Positions 32,431 to 44,658 of a DNA stretch of 64,000 nt are shown here, piece after piece (within the stretch, counting starts at the first letter, position 1; the number at the start of each line of letters is the position of its first letter). Under the pieces are notes generated by a model, which was given only the letters and a program-made list of their open reading frames with translations, ran no database searches and had not been told where the DNA came from. The translations under genes were made by a program, and so were the position numbers. The stretch comes from an uncultured Gammaproteobacteria bacterium (lineage in GTDB: Bacteria; Pseudomonadota; Gammaproteobacteria; JACCXJ01), in contig CAVXTM010000015.1 in NCBI GenBank assembly GCA_963764725.1, positions 224,001-288,000 on the forward strand, given 5' to 3'.

Positions 32431-35400
32431 ATGCGTTACCTAAGCACTTGGCTCGCCTTGGTGGTGAGCTTGTCGCTAGCCGCGGAACCCGCGCCGCGCG
32501 CACGCGCGCAGGTGGATGTATTTACACCTCAAGGAACGGTCAAAGGCGTCCGCCAGGTAGCCGTGCGGTTTTCGGAGCAGATGGTCACCTTCGGGGATCC
32601 GCGCATTCCCGAGCCCTTCGCTATCGACTGTCCGGAAAGCGGGAAGGGACGTTGGGCGGATGCGCGCAATTGGGTTTATGACTTCGCGCGCGACTTGCCG
32701 GCCGGGGTGAAATGCACGTTTAAGCTTAGTAAGGACGTCACCACGCTGGCCGGGAAGTCTCTCGGGGGCGCCCAGGAATTCTCTTTCAATACCGGCGGTC
32801 CCGCAGTCATAGCCTCGCTGCCGAGCGAAGGCGATACCGGCATCGACGAGAACCAGATTTTCGTCCTGGCTTTGGACGCCGAGGCGCGGCCCGAGTCGAT
32901 CGCCGCGCACGCGCACTGCCAGGTCAAGGGGATCTCGGAGCGCATCGAGATCGATGTCCTCGGCGGTGATAGACGCCGCGAGGTCCTGGCCCAGCGGCGG
33001 CTGATCGGCTATCAATACTTTCGGCTGCTGTGGAAGATCGGCGGCGAGACCACCATCGCGGTCAAGGACGAAGCCCTAGCTCGCGCCGAATCACAGCTTG
33101 CCGTGCTGCGCTGCCGGCGCACCTTGCCGCCGGACACCGAGGTGCAACTCGTCTGGGGTACGGGTATTCGCTCGCTGACCGAGGTTGCGACTGCGCAAGA
33201 TCAGACCCTTGCGTTCAAGACCCGGCCGCGGTTCACCGCTCGCTTCGAATGCGATCGCGTCAATGCCGAGTCCGGCTGCCTTCCCTTGCACGCCATGCAT
33301 GTGCGCTTCAGCGCCCCGATCGCCGCCGGACTCGCATCGCAACTGCGCTTGCGGCGGGAAGACGGCGAAATTTATCCGCCCAAGGCCATCGATGCGGCCA
33401 CGAGCCCCATGATCGACGCCGTCAGCTTCGAGGGGCCGTTCCCGGAACGGACCAAGTTCCAGGTGCTGCTGCCGCCGGAGGTCAAAGACGACGCGGGGCG
33501 GCCCCTCGATAACGCCGCGCGCTTTCCCCTCGAGGTCGCGACCGACGAATATCCGCCGCTGGCGAAATTCTCAGGTGAATTCGGCATCTTGGAGGCAAAG
33601 GAAGGTGGTATCTTGCCGGTGACCTTGCGCAATCTCGAAGCGGAGATCGCGGCGCGCAAGGCCACCCCGGGGATGGACCAGGCTGCCCCGATCGCCGGAC
33701 GCATGCAACGTATCGATCAGGACGACCGGGCGATCGGCCACTGGATCCGGCGCGTCAAGCAGTCAATGGAGCGGCGCGGAAAGTGGGAGAAAACCAGGGA
33801 CGATAAACGCGTCTGGATCGAGATGACTGGCCGTGAGTCGGTGTTCGGTCCCAAGCTGGAAACCACTCAGTTTACCCTGCCCAAACCGGGCGGCGCGCGT
33901 GAATTCGAGGTGGTGGGGATCCCGCTACGGGAGCCCGGATTCTATGTCGTCGAGCTCATGAGCCCGAAGCTCGGGGCGGCGCTCCTCGGCCGCAACGAAC
34001 CGCGCTACGTAGCGACCGCGGCATTGGTCACCAACCTCGCCGTGCATTTCAAGTGGGGGCGCGAGGCTTCGCTCGTATGGGTCACGACCTTGGACGGGGC
34101 GCAACCGGTCCCGGGAGCGGCGGTTAAAATCGGCGACTATTGTACTGGACAACCGATCTGGCAGGGGAGCACCGGCCGGGATGGGATCGCAATGATCGAA
34201 GGCGGGGCCCTGCCCAAGCCGCACGCCGAGACTGACTGTGGCCCGTGGAACCCGGCGCCCCTGTTCGTCAGCGCCCGCACCGGCGATGACATGAGCTTCA
34301 CGGTATCGGGCTGGAATCGCGGGATCCGTCCCTATGAGTTCGAGCTGCCCGTCGGTTGGGAGGAGGGCAGCTTCGTCGCCCATGCCATCCTCGATCGGGG
34401 TCTGTACCGGGCCGGAGAGACGGTGTCGATGAAGCATTACTTGCGGCAACGAACGAGCGGCGGTTTCGTCATTCTCGCAGCCGATCCGCCCGACAAGCTC
34501 AAGCTGCGGCACGAAGGCAGCGGCCAGGAGTACGAGATCCCTGTGGCTTTCGACACGTTGGGGATCGCCGAAAGCGTCTGGCAAATCCCCAAGGACGCGA
34601 AGCTCGGCACCTACCAAATCAGCCTGCACCGGAAAGAGTCCGACAAGTGGCTGAATTCCGGTTCTTTCCGCGTCGAGCAGTTTCGCGTGCCCACGATGCG
34701 CGCGATGATCCAAGCGCCCGCGGAGCCCCTGGTGAACGCGAAGGAGGCGCGGGTCGATCTATTCGTCGGGTATTTGAGCGGGGGCGGCGCCTCGCAAGCG
34801 CCGGTCAAGCTGCGCTCGCAAGTCGTGACCAAGTCGCTCAGCTTTCCCGATTACCCCGAGTTCGCGTTCGGCGGGACGGACGTCAAGGAAGGCATCGAAG
34901 ACCATCAGCGCGACTATGATTATTTCTTCGGTCCGGGCAGCGGAGGGGCCGGCGCCAAGGCGCCCGTGCAGGTCTTACCGCTCACGCTCGATAACGCCGG
35001 CGCCGCGCGCGCCACGATTGCAAACCTGCCCGCGATCGACGGCCCGCGGGATATCGTCGCCGAGCTCGAATATCAAGACCCGAACGGCGAGCGGCTGTCG
35101 GTGTCGAACCGCATACCGCTCTGGCCGGCCAAGCTGCACCTCGGGATCCGCACTGAGCGCTGGGTGGTGGTCAAAGGCACATTGGGCTTCCAGACGGTGG
35201 TCTTGGATCTGGCGGGAAAACCCGTGGCGGGCCGCCAAGTCGCGGTGGAATTGTTCTCGAAGAAAACCTATTCGCACCGCCGCCGTCTTGTCGGCGGCTT
35301 CTATGCCTACGAGAACAAGACCGAGACCCAACGCATCGCCGGCGGTTGCGAAGGCGAAACCGACGACCACGGTTTGCTGAGCTGCGAAATAATACCGGAG

Positions 35401-38248
35401 GTTTCGGGGCAGGTGGTGCTGCGCGCGACGAGCCGAGACGACCTCGATAACAAGGCGTTCGCCACGCGCGAGGTCTGGGTCGCGGGGATGGACGACTGGT
35501 GGTTCGAGGGAGGCGCGGGCGATCGCATGGATCTCCTGCCCGAGCGCAAGGAGTACGAGTCGGGCGAAACCGCGCGTCTGCAGGTGCGGATGCCGTTCCG
35601 TGAAGCCACGGCGCTGGTCAGCGTGGAACGCGAGGGCGTCATCGATAGCTTCATCACCACTCTTTCCGGAAAAACACCGGTGGTGGAAGTGCCCATCAAA
35701 GACCACTACGCGCCGAACGCGTACATCTCGGTGCTGGCGATCCGCGGCCGGGCCGGCGCGGGATTTCTCGCCGATCTCGCACGCCGGCTGGATCTCCCCC
35801 TCGGGGGCGACGACGGTGCGGTCACGGCGCTGGTCGATCTCGGCAAGCCCGCTTACCGCTTGGGGATCGCATCGGTCCGCGTGGGCTGGGCGCCGCATCG
35901 CCTCGCGGTCACGCTGAAACCGGATGCCGAGGTGTACAAGGTTCGCGAGCGCGCCAAGGTGCGGATCACGGTTAAACGCGCGAATGGCCGGCCCTTGCCA
36001 GCGGGAGCCGAGATAGCGATCGCCGCGGTCGATGAGGGCTTGCTGGAGTTGGCTCCGAACACCACCTGGGATCTGCTCGATCGCATGATGGGCACGCGCG
36101 GCATCGAGGTCTATACCGCCACGGCTCAGATGCAGGTTGTCGGCAAGCGCCATTACGGCCGCAAGGCCGTCCCGCCGGGCGGCGGGGGAGGGCAGCAGTC
36201 GGCGCGCGAGCTTTTCGATACCTTGCTCCTGTGGAAGGGCCGCGTAGCGCTCGATGACCGGGGCGAGGCCGAGGTCGAGGTGCCGCTCAATGACTCGTTG
36301 ACCTCTGTCGGAATCGTGGCCGTCGCTGGCGCTGCGGAGGGCTTGTTCGGCACCGGACATACCAGCGTGCGGACCACACAGGATCTGATGCTGCATTCGG
36401 GCCTGCCGGCGATCGTGCGCGAAGGCGATCGCTTCCAAGGGATGTTCACGGCGCGCAATGCCTCGGAGCGACCGATCGCGTTCGCGGCCTCGGCGCGGGT
36501 CTCACCGCAACCCGATCCCGATGCGGCGGTCGATCTTCCCGAACAGTCGCTGGATTTAGCACCCGGACAAGCTCGCGAGCTCCGCTGGGAGTATAGCGCG
36601 CCGGTCGGCGCCGAGGATCTCGTTTGGGAGGTGGACGTGAAGGAACGCGAGGGCGGCGCGAGCGATCGCATTCGCGTCGAGCAAAAGGTGATCCCGGTCC
36701 ATCCGGTCCGCATCTACCAAGCGACACTTACGCAAATTGAAGCGCCGTTAAGCATGCGGAGCGAGCGTCCGAAAGACGCCCTCCCCGGCCGCGGCGGGAT
36801 CCGCATCGCCTTGCGCGGCCGGATCGGGGACGGCTTGAGCGGTGTGCGCGAGTACATGCAGCGCTATCCCTACACCTGTCTCGAACAGCGAATCTCCAAA
36901 GCCATCGCGCTGCGGGATCGCGATCTCTGGGATAAGCTCATGAACGATCTGCCAAGCTACCAAGACGAGGATGGCTTGCTGAAGTATTTCGCCAGTGATT
37001 GGATCGAGGGCAGCGATGCGCTCACGGCCTACGTGCTCGCCATCGCGCGCGAGACCGATTGGCCGATCCCGGACAATATGCTCGCGCGCGCCACGGCGGG
37101 GCTCAAGGGCTTCATCGAAGGTCGCGTGATCCGGGACTCCGCGCTGCCCACGGCCGATCTCGCGATTCGCAAGCTCGCGGCAATCGAGGCGCTCTCGCGC
37201 TATGAGGAGGCGCGCGCCGAGATGCTCGGTAGCGTCAGCATCGATCCGAACCTCTGGCCGACCTCGGCCCTCATCGACTGGATGAATATCCTGAAACGCT
37301 TGTCGGCTATACCGGACCAAGCCGAGCGTGTGAGCGAAGCCGACACCATTCTGCGCGCGCGGCTGAACTTCCAAGGCACCGCGATGGGATTTTCGACGGA
37401 GCGCACCGATGCTCTTTGGTGGCTCATGATCTCCGGCGATGTCAACGCCGGGCGCGCCTTATTGACGGTGCTGACTACGGCGCCGTGGAAGGAGGATGTG
37501 CCGCGAATGGCGCGCGGCGCGCTCGGCAGGATGAGCGAAGGACGTTGGGATACCACCGTCGCGAACGCCTGGGGGGTGTTGGCGATGGAGAAGTTCAGCG
37601 CCGCGTTCGAGGCGGTGCCCGTCACTGGCGCGACCAACGCACGCTTTGGCCAGGAGACGAAATCCATCGACTGGGGCCGAGGACATTCGCGCGGGCGAGC
37701 TGGAGTTCGGCTGGGGCGACGGGCCGACGGCGCTCGCCATCGAACATCAGGGTGGCGGGAAACCCTGGGCAATCATCGAGAGCCGCGCCGCCCTCCCGCT
37801 CAAGGAGCCGCTCTCGACGGGGTATACGATCACGCGCAAGGTCACCGCCGTGGAACAGAAAATACCGGAAGGATGGTCGCGCGGAGATGTGGCGCGGGTA
37901 TCTATCGACATCGAGGCCCAGTCGGATATGACCTGGGTGGTCGTGGATGATCCGATCCCCTCCGGCGCCTCGATCCTCGGCACCGGCCTCGGGCGGGACT
38001 CCCAAATCCTCGCGAGCGGCGAAGAACGAGCGGGCTGGGCCTGGCCGGCGTTCGAGGAGCGGGGTCAGGAGGCTTTTCGCGCCTACTACCGCTACGTCCC
38101 GAAAGGGGTCTTCAAGGTCGAGTACACCGTGCGCTTCAACAACGCGGGCGTGTTCGAGCTGCCGGCGACGCGGGTGGAAGCGCTGTATGCGCCGGAAATG
38201 CTGGGCGAGCTTCCGAACCTTCCGGTCGAGGTGAGGGAGGCGCCGTGA
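32431..38248 (+). CDS. Bacterial alpha-2-macroglobulin (one frameshift near 37680)
   Basis: Signal peptide, DRGLYRAGETV, AAVDEG, thioester YPYTCLEQ; C-terminus (VVDDPIPSGA, RVEALYAPE) continues in ORF 37646-38248. Confidence 0.92.
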
Positions 38249-38390
38249 GAGCTTGTGAATAAATCTACTGCGCTCGGCATCTCGCGTTCCGGCGGTGCTC
38301 GGAATCCTCGTGTATTTCAATACACTCCGGTTCCTGCGCTCCGGCGGAACGCGACCAGCCTTCGCTCGCTGACGATTTTTTCACAAGCTC
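38249..38390. mobile_element. 142-bp MITE at the A2M/pbpC junction
   Basis: TGA|GAGCTTGTGAATAAATC ... GATTTTTTCACAAGCTC|TGA; internal palindromes. Confidence 0.85.
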
Positions 38391-40513
38391 TGAGAGGGAT
38401 CTGCGCGCTCTTGCTCATGAGCACGGCCGCGCTCGCCGATGTTCCCGGCTTCGAGGAGGTAAGATCAGCATGGCGCCCCTCGGAGGCCTATCTCCTCGAT
38501 CGCCAGGATGAGGTCCTGCACGAGCTCCGTGTTGACTTCACGGGACGCCGTCTCGATTGGGTGCCGATCGACGAGATGTCACCGGCGCTGATAGGTATGG
38601 TGATCCAGTCAGAGGATCGGCGTTTTCACCAGCATGCGGGCGTGGATTGGTGGGCTCTCGGAGGCGCGCTGGTCGGCTATCTCAGCGGCGCGAAACCGCG
38701 CGGGGCGAGCACCCTGTCCATGCAGATGGCGGCGATGCTGGATCCCGAGCTCACGCCGGAAAGTAATCGCCGAAGTATCGCTCAAAAGCTCATGCAACTA
38801 CGCGCGGCGTTGCGACTCGAAGAGCGCTGGACCAAAGAGCAGATCCTGGAAGCCTATCTCAATCTCACGAGTTTTTACGGCGAGCTCCAGGGGATCGGCG
38901 CCGCGGCGCGGGAGCTTTTCGGGAAGAGGCCTTCGGGATTGTCCGCGGCGGAATCGGCGGTGCTCGCGGCCCTGCTCCCCTCGCCCAACCGCCGCGGCTC
39001 GCGGCTCGGGAAGCGTGCCTGTGCGATTGACGGTGTCGATGACACGACACCGCGGTGCCTGGAGCTCATGCGCCTGGCGGAAGGCTTGTCCGACAGTCAG
39101 CACCATTCTCGCTTGCCCGTGACTCTAGCATCCCATCTCGCCCACGCGCGTTTGCGGGATCCGGGAGAACGGGTGCAAACGACCCTCGATCGGCGCCTAC
39201 AACACAAGGCGCTCGGAGCGCTCGAGCAACAGCTCGCCGGGCTGCGCTCGAATAACGTCCGTGACGGTGCGGTGCTGATCGTGGATAACCCGAGCGGCGA
39301 GGTGCGGGCATATGTGGGCGCCGCCGGTCCGCACTCGAACGCCATCCACGTCGATGGCGTGCGGGCCCCGCGGCAAGCCGGTTCGACCCTGAAGCCCTTT
39401 CTGTACGGGCTCGCCATCGAACAAGGATATCTTACGGCGGCATCCTTGCTCGATGACTCGCCCATCAATCTCGGAACGGCCTCCGGACTCTACATTCCGC
39501 AGAACTACGACCGCGACTTTAAGGGCTTGGTCAGCGTACGCACTGCCTTGGCCGGATCGCTCAACGTCCCGGCGGTCAGGACGCTGGTAGTGACCGGCGT
39601 CGATGCCTTCCGCGATCGGCTGCAATCCTTGGGCTATCGCGGAATCACGCGCGACGGTGACTACTACGGCTACTCGTTGGCGCTCGGATCGGCCGAGATC
39701 AGCCTCTTCGAGCAGGTCAACGCCTATCGCACCCTCGCCAATGGCGGGATTTACAGCCCCTTGAAGATCTGGCAAGACCAAGCAACGACAGATCCGCCAA
39801 CACGCGTGATGAGCGAGGATGCGGCCTTCATCGTCGCCGATATCTTGAGCGATCGCGCGGGCCGCGCCGTCACCTTCGGTCTCGATAACCCGCTGGTCAC
39901 GCGCTTTTGGACTGCGGTCAAGACCGGCACCAGCAAGGACATGCGCGACAACTGGTGCATCGGTTTCAGCAGCGAGTATACCGTCGGGGTCTGGGTCGGA
40001 AATTTCGAAGGCGACGCGATGCACCGCGTCTCCGGTGTCACCGGGGCCGCGCCTGTCTGGCTTACCATCATGAACGCGCTGCACGCCGGATCCCCAGGCA
40101 CGGAACCCAAGAGGCCATCGAATCTCATCGCGCGTACGATTTCCTTTGAACCCGCCGTGGAGCCGCAACGCCAGGAATGGTTTATCCCCGGGACCGAGAC
40201 CAAGCTCGTTCGGCTGGCGGACCCCGGCTCGCGTCGGCCAAGCATCGTGTCCCCGCCGGACGGCGTGACCATCGCGCTGGATCCGGACATCCCAGCGGAT
40301 AAACAACTCGTCTTATTCGAGACCAGCGGGCTCAGCGACGCTATCTTGGTTCTCGACGGGAAAACACTGCAAGGCAGGGTTAGCGCTTACAAATGGCAAC
40401 CCGCGCCCGGCAAACACACCTTGGCACTTCAGGCAGCCGGCGGTCGTCTATACGATACCATAAGTTTTACGGTACGGGGCTTGAGGCCGGGCTATGCGTA
40501 CCGGAATCGCTGA
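38255..40513 (+). CDS. pbpC: Penicillin-binding protein 1C
   Basis: SEDRRF, RGASTLSMQ, AGSTLKPF, SLNVPA, KTGTSK; canonical partner of A2M. Confidence 0.93.
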   Translation: MNKSTALGISRSGGARNPRVFQYTPVPALRRNATSLRSLTIFSQALRGICALLLMSTAALADVPGFEEVRSAWRPSEAYLLDRQDEVLHELRVDFTGRRLDWVPIDEMSPALIGMVIQSEDRRFHQHAGVDWWALGGALVGYLSGAKPRGASTLSMQMAAMLDPELTPESNRRSIAQKLMQLRAALRLEERWTKEQILEAYLNLTSFYGELQGIGAAARELFGKRPSGLSAAESAVLAALLPSPNRRGSRLGKRACAIDGVDDTTPRCLELMRLAEGLSDSQHHSRLPVTLASHLAHARLRDPGERVQTTLDRRLQHKALGALEQQLAGLRSNNVRDGAVLIVDNPSGEVRAYVGAAGPHSNAIHVDGVRAPRQAGSTLKPFLYGLAIEQGYLTAASLLDDSPINLGTASGLYIPQNYDRDFKGLVSVRTALAGSLNVPAVRTLVVTGVDAFRDRLQSLGYRGITRDGDYYGYSLALGSAEISLFEQVNAYRTLANGGIYSPLKIWQDQATTDPPTRVMSEDAAFIVADILSDRAGRAVTFGLDNPLVTRFWTAVKTGTSKDMRDNWCIGFSSEYTVGVWVGNFEGDAMHRVSGVTGAAPVWLTIMNALHAGSPGTEPKRPSNLIARTISFEPAVEPQRQEWFIPGTETKLVRLADPGSRRPSIVSPPDGVTIALDPDIPADKQLVLFETSGLSDAILVLDGKTLQGRVSAYKWQPAPGKHTLALQAAGGRLYDTISFTVRGLRPGYAYRNR

Positions 40514-40732
40514 GAGGTTGTGAATAAAACCGTCGCTAGTATAGTGTCCCGTAAATAACTTCCATAAAAGCGACTATAAAAATTTTCTCTCCCTCAGGGA
40601 GAGGGCTAGGGGAGGTTAACACCGTGATTCTGACGGGACAGGATACTAGCGGCCCCGGAGCGCCAGGAGCCGCGGATCACGCGAGCACGCGACGCAGCGA
40701 TCGGGATGCGCAGTAGATTTATTCACAACCTC
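40514..40732. mobile_element. Nested MITE (outer GAGGTTGTGAATAAA TIR; inner CTAG-bounded element at 40534-40651)
   Basis: TGA|GAGGTTGTGAATAAA..TTTATTCACAACCTC|TAA; inner IR CGCTAGTATAGTGTCCCGT / ACGGGACAGGATACTAGCG; CTCTCCC..GGGAGAG unit inside. Confidence 0.8.
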
Positions 40733-40814
40733 TAAGAGTGTCATCGATTAAATCCGGTGATCGGCTTCGCGATTTCGCCGCCCCGTTTCGGTTCAAGGTG
40801 GGGATTATTCCGCC

Positions 40815-42740
40815 TCAACCCTCGCATTCCCGCAGTATCGCGCGGAGGGCTTCGAGGTCGGGTGAGCCGAGCCGGGTATAGATCTCGACCGCGCGCCGGG
40901 CGTGGGACAGGGCTTCGGCGGGTTTTCCCTGCCGCACCAGGGCCTTGGCGAGGCGGCGGCAGTTGGAGGCGATAAATTCCTGACGGCCCAGCTTTTCGGC
41001 CAAGGCCAGGGCCTCGCGGGCCAGGGTCTCGGCCCCCGGCCAGTCTTCCCGGTCCAGCGCCAGCCCAGCCAGATTGCCCGTAATATAGGCCACACCTTCG
41101 GCGTAACCGACCGCGCGGGCTATCCGCAGCGCCTCGCGATAATCCCACTCCGCCTCCGCGAGATCGCCGGAGAGCCGCTCGGCACGGGCGAGGTCGTTCA
41201 GGGTAAGGGCCACGTTTTCACTCTCGGCGGACACGGTGCGGAACAGTTCGAGTGCCTCGCGGTAGGCGGCGATGGCCGCGGGGTAATCCGCCTTCAAGCG
41301 GTGACCAAGGCCGCGCAAGCGGATGACGGTGGCACGCTCGCGGGTGCCGGCCTGCGCGGCCTGCCAGTGCGCCGCCGCGCGGTCCGCACAGGCCAGCACC
41401 GCGTCCGCCTGCCGGCGCAGATAGTGAACCCAGCCCGCCTGAAAGGCCCGCCAGCCGGTACTGTCGTGGTCGCCGGCCGCCACGGCCCTGGCTTCCGCTT
41501 GCTGGTTGAGCGAGAGCCGTTCATCCCAGCGGCCCGTGAAATTGAGGAAATTACCTAGCGCAGCACACACGGTCTGGAGCCGTTCATTCGGCCCGGCGAG
41601 GAAGAGCGGCAAGGCAGGGGCCACGGTGGGCCAGTCGGCATCGAGCACCGGGAAGCGGTCGTTCTCGCTCGTAGCCGTTCTCCACGATCAGCGCATAGGC
41701 GCGCTCTTCCAGCCGGTCGCCGGTTTCCGCGACGACTTCGGGCCGTTTGCGCCGCAGGAAGTCGGCGACCATCGGCACGAGGGCGAAGGCCGTTTCCTCC
41801 TGGTCGGGGACGACGAGGGAGCGGTTGGCGAGGGTCCTCAGAGCGGTCTCGTCGGCGTCCTGCTCGAAGAGGGTGCCGAGCTCGGCGATGAACTTCACCG
41901 TCGACCGGCAGGGTGAAGTAGCTGAGAGCGACGAGCACCTTCGTTTCCTCAGCGGTGAACTCATCGCGCAGATCGCCGAAGATGAACTCCAGCGGGTCGT
42001 TGTCCGGCGGCGCGCTGCGGAGGAAGCGCGAGGGCATCGTCGATGGTGCGGCACCTGCCGCGGCCGAGCTGGCCGGCCACCCAGCGCAGGAGCGAGCGGC
42101 TTGCCGCCGGTCTGTTCGTAAAGGCGGATGCGCTCAGCTTCGCTGGTTTTGCGCAGCAGCGGATTGCGCCTCGCGATTTCGGCGAGGCACTCCAGCGCCG
42201 CGGGCTGGTCGAGCTTTTCCAGAATGAGCAGATCGCCGCTGTCACCGATGCGGCGGCGGCTGGTGAGGATGCGCCTTGCAGCCCTGCGGCAGGCGCTGGA
42301 TGAAGGTGAAAAAGCTGGTCACGATCCTCCTTCGGAAGCGATTCGAGGTTGTCGAGGATCAGCAGGGTGTGCTCAGGGGCGAGCGCCTCGAGGAGGAGCC
42401 GCGCCCGATCTGCTTCCGGCGACTTCGCGATCCCCGGCTGGCCGATCAGGCCGGCAATCTCATTGAGCATTTTCAAATACTCGAGGACGACGAAGCCGGT
42501 CAGTTGGCGCGGGCCTTCATCACCCAGATCACGGTCCTTTGCGGAGACGAACAGGGTGCGTTTGAACTGGGCAGGCGGCGTGAGCTCGGCCGCGCGAATG
42601 GCAAACGTGGTCTTGCCCATACCGCCGGGGCCGTCGATGAGGGTGCCCCAGGTGCGATCGCGCGGGTCTAGGGCGTCGGCGATTCGTTTGATTTCGTCGC
42701 CGCGGCCGAAAAAGGGTGGAATGCGCGGGAGATACCCGGC
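40815..42740 (-). pseudogene. STAND (NB-ARC-like) ATPase with C-terminal TPRs; several frameshifts, N-terminus missing
   Basis: FFGRGDE, DGPGGMGKT, LLILDNLE, TSRRR, TGGKPL, LANRSLV and TPR helices spread over ORFs 41961-42620, 41555-42037, 41584-42054 and 40815-41648. Confidence 0.8.
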
Positions 42741-42827
42741 CTTTGAAATTCTGTCCCCGCAGCTTGGCCCTTGAAGTCCTTTGGAATTGCGCGTTAAGGG
42801 GCCAGGTCGAATTACGTTCTTCTGACC

Positions 42828-43181
42828 TCACTCTCGGATCCGTAACTTGTCTTCTTCAACGATCCATAGCCGGCGATCGAGCACCTCTGCCGAGAACAAC
42901 GGGATCAAGCCGGCAACCGTCGCCATGACATGCGGCTTGTCATGCCGATGTAGCCGCAACACTACCACGCCCGGATACTGGTTCGGTGGATACGTACGAA
43001 TATCCGCAAAATCCATATCTAGCGTGATTAATGCGCGATCTTCGGCGCGGCATACCGACGCGATACGCGGATCGGCATGGCCGCCAAGTTTCTGATCGAG
43101 CACAGTCATCGCGTCGTAACCAGCTCCTCGCAGAAGTACGGCTATGTCCGCAGGCAGGTTCTCGTTGACCTTGAACTTCAT
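42828..43181 (-). CDS. DUF5615 PIN-like toxin (VapC45-like)
   Basis: MKFKVNENLP, EDRALITLDMDF, PGVVVLR. Confidence 0.85.
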   Translation of the reverse strand: MKFKVNENLPADIAVLLRGAGYDAMTVLDQKLGGHADPRIASVCRAEDRALITLDMDFADIRTYPPNQYPGVVVLRLHRHDKPHVMATVAGLIPLFSAEVLDRRLWIVEEDKLRIRE

Positions 43182-43190
43182 CCGGACGGT

Positions 43191-43448
<258 letters not shown>

Positions 43449-43756
43449 TTACGCCGGGCCTTGGAAGATGTGTATTCCGGCGCGCCAAGGAGAAGGCGAT
43501 TCGGAAGCGTTTCGTCACAAGTCCCCGACCTTGAAATTTTGTGCCCGCAGATCGTGGCCTTTAAAGTCCTTTCGCATGGGGTCCTTCGCCGTTTGTGGTT
43601 CGTTTTTGTGACTATAGCCCTTTTTCCTGGCAGCCATGCCACAATCCGTAGCGGCCCGCGGCTGCCACGGGCAAATTTCACCGCTAGGGCAAACACTATC
43701 GGGAATTGAGGCGGGAATTGAGGGGCCAGGTTCGATTGGTTTCAGCGGAAGTCAGT

Positions 43757-43840
43757 GTCGCCCGGAGGGAATGAACTGCAAGCCGGGGAATAGACACGCC
43801 CCTTGTCGCCCCGGATTTGGCTGCCCTTCATCCAGGCTAT
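43757..43840. repeat. Degenerate GTAG-type REP doublet (REPIN-like)
   Basis: GTCGCCCGGAGGGAA..CCGGGG spacer CCCCGG..TTCATCCAGGCTAT; related to 44543-44624. Confidence 0.55.
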
Positions 43841-43886
43841 GACTGCTATACTTGTCAATACGCCCACAATTAGTGGCGGAGGTTCT

Positions 43887-44090
43887 ATGGATATCCCTGG
43901 GGTTGAGTTCGTAGTTGACCGCGCTGGCCGGGAAAAGGCGGTGCTTGTAGACCTTAAGCGCCACGGGGCCCTTTGGGAGGACATGTACGATGCCTACCTT
44001 GCACATCGCCGTAGGAAAGAACCTCGTGAATCCTTGGCTGCCGTGAAGGCCCGGATCGAGAGAGCAGGCAAACGGAAGGGGAGTGCCTGA
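43887..44090 (+). CDS. Putative antitoxin
   Basis: GGAGG RBS; EFVVDRAGREKAVL..WEDMYD..RRKEP; overlaps downstream relE. Confidence 0.75.
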   Translation: MDIPGVEFVVDRAGREKAVLVDLKRHGALWEDMYDAYLAHRRRKEPRESLAAVKARIERAGKRKGSA

Positions 44091-44345
44091 ATACTCGATT
44101 CGTTTTGCCCGTTCTGCGAGAAAGGAACTCGAGGCGCTTGATCCTTCGGTGGCGCTCCGGGTTCTCGGAAAGATCGAGGGCTTAGGGACGAATCCACGAC
44201 CAGTTGGCGTCGTGAAGATCGAAGGCGCGGAAAGCCTCTGGCGTATCCGCGTTGGCGATTGACGGGTCATCTACCAGATCTTCGATCGAAAGCATGCGAT
44301 CGATATAGTAGCCGTACGCCATCGGCGACGCATATCGTCGATAAA
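44083..44345 (+). pseudogene. RelE/StbE toxin with an internal stop codon
   Basis: MPEYSIRFARSARKEL..NPRP.GVVKIEG..WRIRVGD*RVIYQI..VRHR; TGA at 44260-44262. Confidence 0.85.
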
Positions 44346-44542
44346 TGCGCTCAAACAATTCCATCTTGCAATCCCGCCAAGAGGGAGTGCGCGGTTCGTG
44401 TCCGCGAGCCCCGCGGTACCCAACTTAATACCAATCCGGCACCCGCTAGCGTACCTGATAGCCGCGGGGCGGAGAAACTACTCGGATCTGTTGTAGCGCA
44501 CAGGGAGACAGGGTCAGGTCAGGTCTCGACATATCAGTAGTC

Positions 44543-44624
44543 GTCGCCCGTCTGTAGCGCAGTGGAACACGGGGAACGGCAGCATCTTCATTCCCCGGAT
44601 TCCATTGCATTCCATTCGGGCTAC
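44543..44624. repeat. GTAG-type REP doublet (REPIN-like)
   Basis: GTCGCCCG..GGAACACGGGGAA spacer TTCCCCGGATTCC..TTCGGGCTAC. Confidence 0.65.
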
Positions 44625-44658
44625 ACTCGCTGCGGCGGACTTTAAACGGCCTCAGCAT

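Noticed and set aside
44260-44262. In-frame TGA in relE as selenocysteine or recoding
   Set aside because: Position is normally W/Y, no SECIS-like hairpin was recognised, and TGA is used as a stop throughout the window
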